A stretch of 64,000 nucleotides of DNA. It comes from Candidatus Latescibacterota bacterium. GTDB lineage: Bacteria; Latescibacterota; UBA2968; GCA-2709665. Of this stretch, positions 59,907 to 64,000 are shown piece by piece; position 1 is the stretch's first letter, and every line of letters starts with the position of its first letter. Location of the stretch: positions 4,736,001 through 4,800,000 of the forward strand of contig OZ242180.1 in assembly GCA_965205485.1 (NCBI GenBank), read 5' to 3'. The notes below the pieces were generated by a model. It was not told where the DNA came from. It made no database searches and worked only from the letters and a program-made list of their open reading frames with translations. Both the position numbers and the translations under genes were made by a program.

Positions 59907-60314
59907 CTATCCGCCTTCGCCTTCGAGCTTGATTCCGTACGCGTCGCCAAGCTCCATGACGGGATGTTTTTCGGACATCTGGAACTTGACGAGCAGTTCG
60001 CGCGCAATCATGTCGCGCTCCTGCTGGTTGTCGGGCAGCGCCATATCTTCGGGCACCAGCACCCAGCCGTTGATGTTCCGGTCGAATACGGCGGGCTTCC
60101 CATCTTCGTATCCCATATGCACATCTTCCAGCCAGTTCAGGTCCCGCCACCCCATCGCCTCCATGTATCGCTTCAGGAGCGGCGTCAGCAGCGTATAGTC
60201 CGGCGGAAGGTTCACGTCGTACCGATATCCGATGTGCTGACCGATCTCCTTCTCGCGGTCCGAGTCAAGCCCCGTGGACTTCAGGTAGTAATTCACGTCT
60301 CTGGCTTCGTCCAT
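59907..60314 (-). CDS. Hypothetical protein (135 aa)
   Basis: SD AGGAG, soluble protein-like composition, co-oriented between mgsC and the flavoprotein gene. Confidence 0.75.
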   Translation of the reverse strand: MDEARDVNYYLKSTGLDSDREKEIGQHIGYRYDVNLPPDYTLLTPLLKRYMEAMGWRDLNWLEDVHMGYEDGKPAVFDRNINGWVLVPEDMALPDNQQERDMIARELLVKFQMSEKHPVMELGDAYGIKLEGEGG

Positions 60315-60396
60315 CGGATTCTCCTGATTCAGTATCCCGGAAAGTGGAGCGCAAGACCGGCGGTGTGCGTTGTGGTCTTCTTCCTTCTTCCGTCGT

Positions 60397-61761
60397 TCAA
60401 TACCGGTTCATCTCCGGATGGCCCACCGTATGGCGGGTGCCCGCAAGCGGCACCTCAGCCATGGCGGATGCTTCCATGGTCAGCGCCGCAAGATCTTCCG
60501 GCTCGAGGGAATGGACGTCGGTCTTGCCGCAGGCCCTGGCGAACATCTGGCATTCGATCGCGAGGGTATGCAGGAAATTGTAGACCCGTTCGGCCGCTTC
60601 GTCCGGGTCCAGGCGGCTCCGAAGCACCGGATCCTGGGTGGCCACGCCCACCGGGCACAGCCCGGTATGGCAATGATAGCAGTAACCCGCCGGAACGCCG
60701 ACCGTCCCCTCGTAATCCGCCTCCGGGATATCCTTGTTGCAATTCAGCGCAACCATCGCCGCGGTGCCGATGGCTACCGCGTCGGCGCCAAGCGCAAGCG
60801 CCTTGGCAACATCGGCCCCGTTTCGTATGCCTCCCGCATAGACGAGCGTAATCTCACCGGTCTTTCCAACGTCATCCAGCGCCTTTCTGGCCTGCCGTAT
60901 CGCCGCGATACCCGGCACGCCCGTCTCCTCGGTGGCCAGGTGGGGACCCGCCCCCGTCGAACCCTCCATCCCGTCCATATAGATGCTGTCGGGCCCGGTC
61001 TTGGCCGCCATCCTCACATCGTCGTAGACCCGCGCCGCGCCGAGCTTCAGCTGGATGGGTATCTGCCAGTTGGTGGCTTCGCGAATTTCCTCGATCTTCA
61101 GGGCCAAATCGTCGGGACCCAGCCAGTCCGGGTGCCTGGCGGGAGAACGCTGGTCGATCCCCGCCGGCAACGAGCGCATTTCGGCCACCTGGTCCGTCAC
61201 CTTCTGGCCCATCAGGTGCCCGCCGAGGCCCACCTTGCAGCCCTGGCCGATGAAAAACTCCACGCCGTCGGCAAGACGCATGTGGTGCGGATTGAACCCG
61301 TAGCGGGACTGAATGCACTGGTACAGCCACTTCTCCGAATACCGGCGTTCGTCGGGCAGCATTCCGCCTTCTCCGGAACAGGTTGCCGTGCCCGCCATCG
61401 TGGCCCCTCTCGCCAGCGCCACCTTCGCTTCGTAAGACAGCGCGCCGAAACTCATCCCCGTGATGTAAATGGGAATATCCAGCACCAGCGGCCGTTCGGC
61501 CATCGGCCCAAGCACTGTCTTCGTTTCGCATTTCTCGCGGTACCCCTCGATGACGAACCGGGTGAGCGTGCCCGGAAGAAACGTCAGGTCGTCCCACGAC
61601 GGGATCTCCTTGAAAAGCGCCATGCCGCGCATGCGGTACCGACCCAGATTCGACTTGATGTGTATATCGTCGATCACATGAGGCGGAAACATGAAATTCT
61701 TGCCCAGGACCTGTGGATTCCGTTCGATCCCTGCATTGCCGTTGTCCGAATGTGGTTCCAT
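60397..61761 (-). CDS. mgsC: FMN-binding glutamate synthase family protein, probable N-methylglutamate synthase subunit C
   Basis: 'GMSFGALS', 'GEGGM', 'GQGCKVGLGGHL.GQK', 'DQRSPARHPDWLGPDDL', 'CYHCHTGLCPVGVATQDP'. Confidence 0.82.
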   Translation of the reverse strand: MEPHSDNGNAGIERNPQVLGKNFMFPPHVIDDIHIKSNLGRYRMRGMALFKEIPSWDDLTFLPGTLTRFVIEGYREKCETKTVLGPMAERPLVLDIPIYITGMSFGALSYEAKVALARGATMAGTATCSGEGGMLPDERRYSEKWLYQCIQSRYGFNPHHMRLADGVEFFIGQGCKVGLGGHLMGQKVTDQVAEMRSLPAGIDQRSPARHPDWLGPDDLALKIEEIREATNWQIPIQLKLGAARVYDDVRMAAKTGPDSIYMDGMEGSTGAGPHLATEETGVPGIAAIRQARKALDDVGKTGEITLVYAGGIRNGADVAKALALGADAVAIGTAAMVALNCNKDIPEADYEGTVGVPAGYCYHCHTGLCPVGVATQDPVLRSRLDPDEAAERVYNFLHTLAIECQMFARACGKTDVHSLEPEDLAALTMEASAMAEVPLAGTRHTVGHPEMNRY

Positions 61762-62025
61762 TACGTCTCACTCCTGATTTGGCACACGGAGATGACCCCA
61801 TCACCCGGGGCGACGCTCCGACTGGCAGGCGTTCCTGTGATTCGCATTCATTATGGATGGGATTTCGCCAGATAATACGGAAAGGACGCGGGATCTCAAA
61901 GGAGGAAACGGTGCGGGGGCGAACGGGGATGGGTGCGTAGCCTCTGGTCAACGCAGGATCATCGAGTGGGGGTATGGATCGACATCGACAGGCGAACCGG
62001 GACGGCAAACACCGGAACCGGAGGC

Positions 62026-62772
62026 TCAATCGGCCTTCACCGAGACGTAGAGTCCCCGGCCCCGCATCAGACCGTTTTCGTCGTATCTCGGCCGCAGACC
62101 CGAATGCGCCATTATCTCGAGAAATCTCTCCCGGTCGAACAGGGCCATCTCGTGGGTGTCGCGGAAATACCGGGTGCCTTTTTTCGTAGAAAGGAGAAAA
62201 TGAAAATCGAGGACGGCCAGGTTTCCGCGGCGGCGACTCACGTTGTGCCTTGAGATTTTTACGCCGTCAGCTTCAAGCGTGGCTCCGTGGATCGATCCCG
62301 CAACGAACGTCTCTTTCGTGAAAAAGGGCTCGATAATCAGAATGCCGCCCGGTTTCAGATGTCTTGCAAAACAGGCGATCGTCCGTTTCAGGTTCCGATA
62401 CGTCCTGACGTAGGCGATCGAACTGAACAGACAGATGACCGCGTCAAAACGACGCTTGAGATTGAAGGACGTCATGTCCCGGGACAGAAATGTGACACCG
62501 GGTATTTTTCTGCGGGCTACCTTCAACATTTCCCGATTCAGATCCACGCCGGTGATATCGTAGTGGTCCCGCAGATATCGGGTATGCCCGCCGGTCCCGC
62601 ACGCGACGTCCAGCAGTGTGTTACCGTGCGACACACAATGTGAACGGATCAACTGATGAACCCGCTCCGACTCGGCCCGATAGTCCTTCCACTGATACAT
62701 GACGTCGTAAAACGGCGCCAGCTCGGCCCACATCTTCTCGGTTTCATTCAGCGTCAACCCGGCCTCCCGCAA
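62026..62772 (-). CDS. Class I SAM-dependent methyltransferase (TylM1/DesVI-like)
   Basis: 'YD..Y..KDY', 'LLDVACGTG.H', 'FDAVICLFSSIAY', 'HLKPGG..IIEPF'. Confidence 0.88.
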   Translation of the reverse strand: MREAGLTLNETEKMWAELAPFYDVMYQWKDYRAESERVHQLIRSHCVSHGNTLLDVACGTGGHTRYLRDHYDITGVDLNREMLKVARRKIPGVTFLSRDMTSFNLKRRFDAVICLFSSIAYVRTYRNLKRTIACFARHLKPGGILIIEPFFTKETFVAGSIHGATLEADGVKISRHNVSRRRGNLAVLDFHFLLSTKKGTRYFRDTHEMALFDRERFLEIMAHSGLRPRYDENGLMRGRGLYVSVKAD

Positions 62773-62807
62773 TTTGACGATATCACGCGGTGCAGCCGTT
62801 CCCGCTG

Positions 62808-63782
62808 CTACCGGGCGAAAAAGTGATACGTGGCGCCCACGTGTAGCTGATAATTGGAAGTCAGCTGGCTCTCATTCACATTCTGGTAAACAGGAAGCGG
62901 CAATCTCGCTTCCAGGCTCAGATTCTCCATCGCCCGTACGCCCAGTTTCGGCGCAAGATAGACCCAGGTGCCCCCACGTTTTCGGGCGATCTTTCCGTAT
63001 TGGAAAAAATCGCGGGCCGTGTGAACGTGGTTCAGGCTGAGACCCGCAATGAGCTTGTCCCCGTGGAGATAATCCATGGAAAAGATGCCTTGAAACTCGT
63101 TTCCGTATTTGTATCCGTATACATTCTCGCGGGAAATAATGCGGGTGAACAGCATGCCGGAGAAGAACAGGTTGTCGAACGAGCGCGAAAGACTGACAGA
63201 GAGAATGGGGTCCATGCTTCCGGAACCCACCTGCAGCAGATCGGCGAACCGCTCGCCGTACTCATCGACCGCGTGGGTCGACCCGTTCGCGAGCTTGACG
63301 CCTGCTGAAAAGAGCAGCCCGGGCAACGCTTCCGGCAGAGGCGGAGCAAAGTTCAACATCAGAACGACGTCGCCGAGACCGGCGGCGTGCCGGACGTACT
63401 CGCCGCCCAGATACTGGTTGTCGTACTGACCTGGAAGGAGGATTTTATCGTTGGTTATGGAACGAAACGGAAGCACCACGGCGGCGCCGAACCATTCCGT
63501 GACCCCGTAACTCGCGAATACGGATACCGTTGACATGCTGGTCACTTCCTGGTTGATGTTGGGTATCGGTCCGGTACCGAACTTCGCATCGCCCAGATAC
63601 TCGTATTCGTAATTCATGCTCAGAACCAGAAGGTCTTTCGAAATCAGACTGCCCTGCAGCATTCTCCCGCCCGGGAGCACGGGGCGGCGTCAACTCACGC
63701 CCGGCTGCGCCAGTACGAGCTGTTCCGTGAGAATCAGCTGGGCGAACAGAATCAGCGGAAAAACGTGTAACGAGCGTCTCAT
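62808..63782 (-). CDS. Putative outer-membrane beta-barrel protein with in-frame TGA at codon 31 (candidate selenoprotein)
   Basis: SD GGAGG, ATG at 63782, signal peptide ending in VLA-Q, TGA at 63690-63692, then the 290-aa ORF ('GLGD', 'QVGSGS.D', 'LP.YQNVN', terminal aromatic strand). Confidence 0.72.
63649..63689 (-). promoter_or_regulatory. Candidate bacterial SECIS hairpin
   Basis: 12 nt after UGA: CUCCC-GGGC-GGGAG stem-loop (63664-63677) with G-first loop; possible lower GCCC/GGGC stem. Confidence 0.55.
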
Positions 63783-63814
63783 GGTCGTGGATCCTCCAGC
63801 GACGTTATTTGCAG

Positions 63815-64000
63815 CTAACCCTTCAACGACTTTTCCAGAATTTTCCTGTATGTCCGAAACGAACGGTAACCCGAAAAAAGGACCTCGCCACGGGCATTGA
63901 CAATGACAACCGTGGGCGTCAAACGCGTCTCGAAGGCTTCGAACACCCTGCCATCCGAATCAATGTAGCTGTGCAGCGTTTCCTTTCTGTCCGCGAAGAA
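63815..64000 (-). CDS. C-terminal part of a TlpA/redoxin-like thioredoxin-fold protein (partial)
   Basis: Own translation ...YIDSDGRVFEAFETRLTPTVVIVNARGEVLFSG..., matching the cis-Pro 'PT.VI...G.V' motif. Confidence 0.65.
   Translation of the reverse strand, partial: FFADRKETLHSYIDSDGRVFEAFETRLTPTVVIVNARGEVLFSGYRSFRTYRKILEKSLKG

Noticed and set aside
61762..62025. Riboswitch upstream of mgsC
   Set aside because: No recognisable glycine, THF, SAM or guanidine aptamer consensus by eye; an Rfam scan would be needed.
62026..62772. Methyltransferase as part of the methylamine pathway
   Set aside because: It is separated from mgsC by 264 bp with a possible promoter and follows the beta-barrel gene closely; only adjacency supports the link.

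Overview
High-GC bacterial chromosomal window. Its gene content resembles Latescibacterota/Gemmatimonadota-type marine or sponge-associated genomes, which is an inference only. From left to right it holds: a MoxR/DUF58/Gld-type ABC operon; two lower-GC accessory islets (about 9.0-14.0 kb and 20.5-22.8 kb) with a PLD-nuclease/P-loop ATPase fusion, orphan or broken toxin-antitoxin genes and exported proteins; a PotABCD-like transporter with duplicated binding proteins; assorted catabolic and transport genes; an ASPIC/UnbV pair; a DegT-heparinase-hydantoinase cluster; and a methylated-amine cluster (mgsC, tdm, amt, fhs, glnT/gmaS). Four things stand out. (1) The TMAO-demethylase cluster has no tmm, but carries a coupled acyl-CoA-dehydrogenase-fold flavoprotein lacking the usual catalytic Glu plus a flavin reductase: a candidate two-component methylamine N-oxygenase. 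(2) An outer-membrane protein gene has an in-frame TGA followed by a SECIS-like hairpin (candidate selenoprotein). (3) A four-copy 162-210 bp palindromic element shows compensatory and G-U changes that point to RNA folding on the minus strand. (4) A stand-alone PLD nuclease-ATPase is a candidate defence gene. No rRNA, tRNA, CRISPR array, integrase or transposase was recognised. All family calls come from motif recognition by eye, not from database searches.
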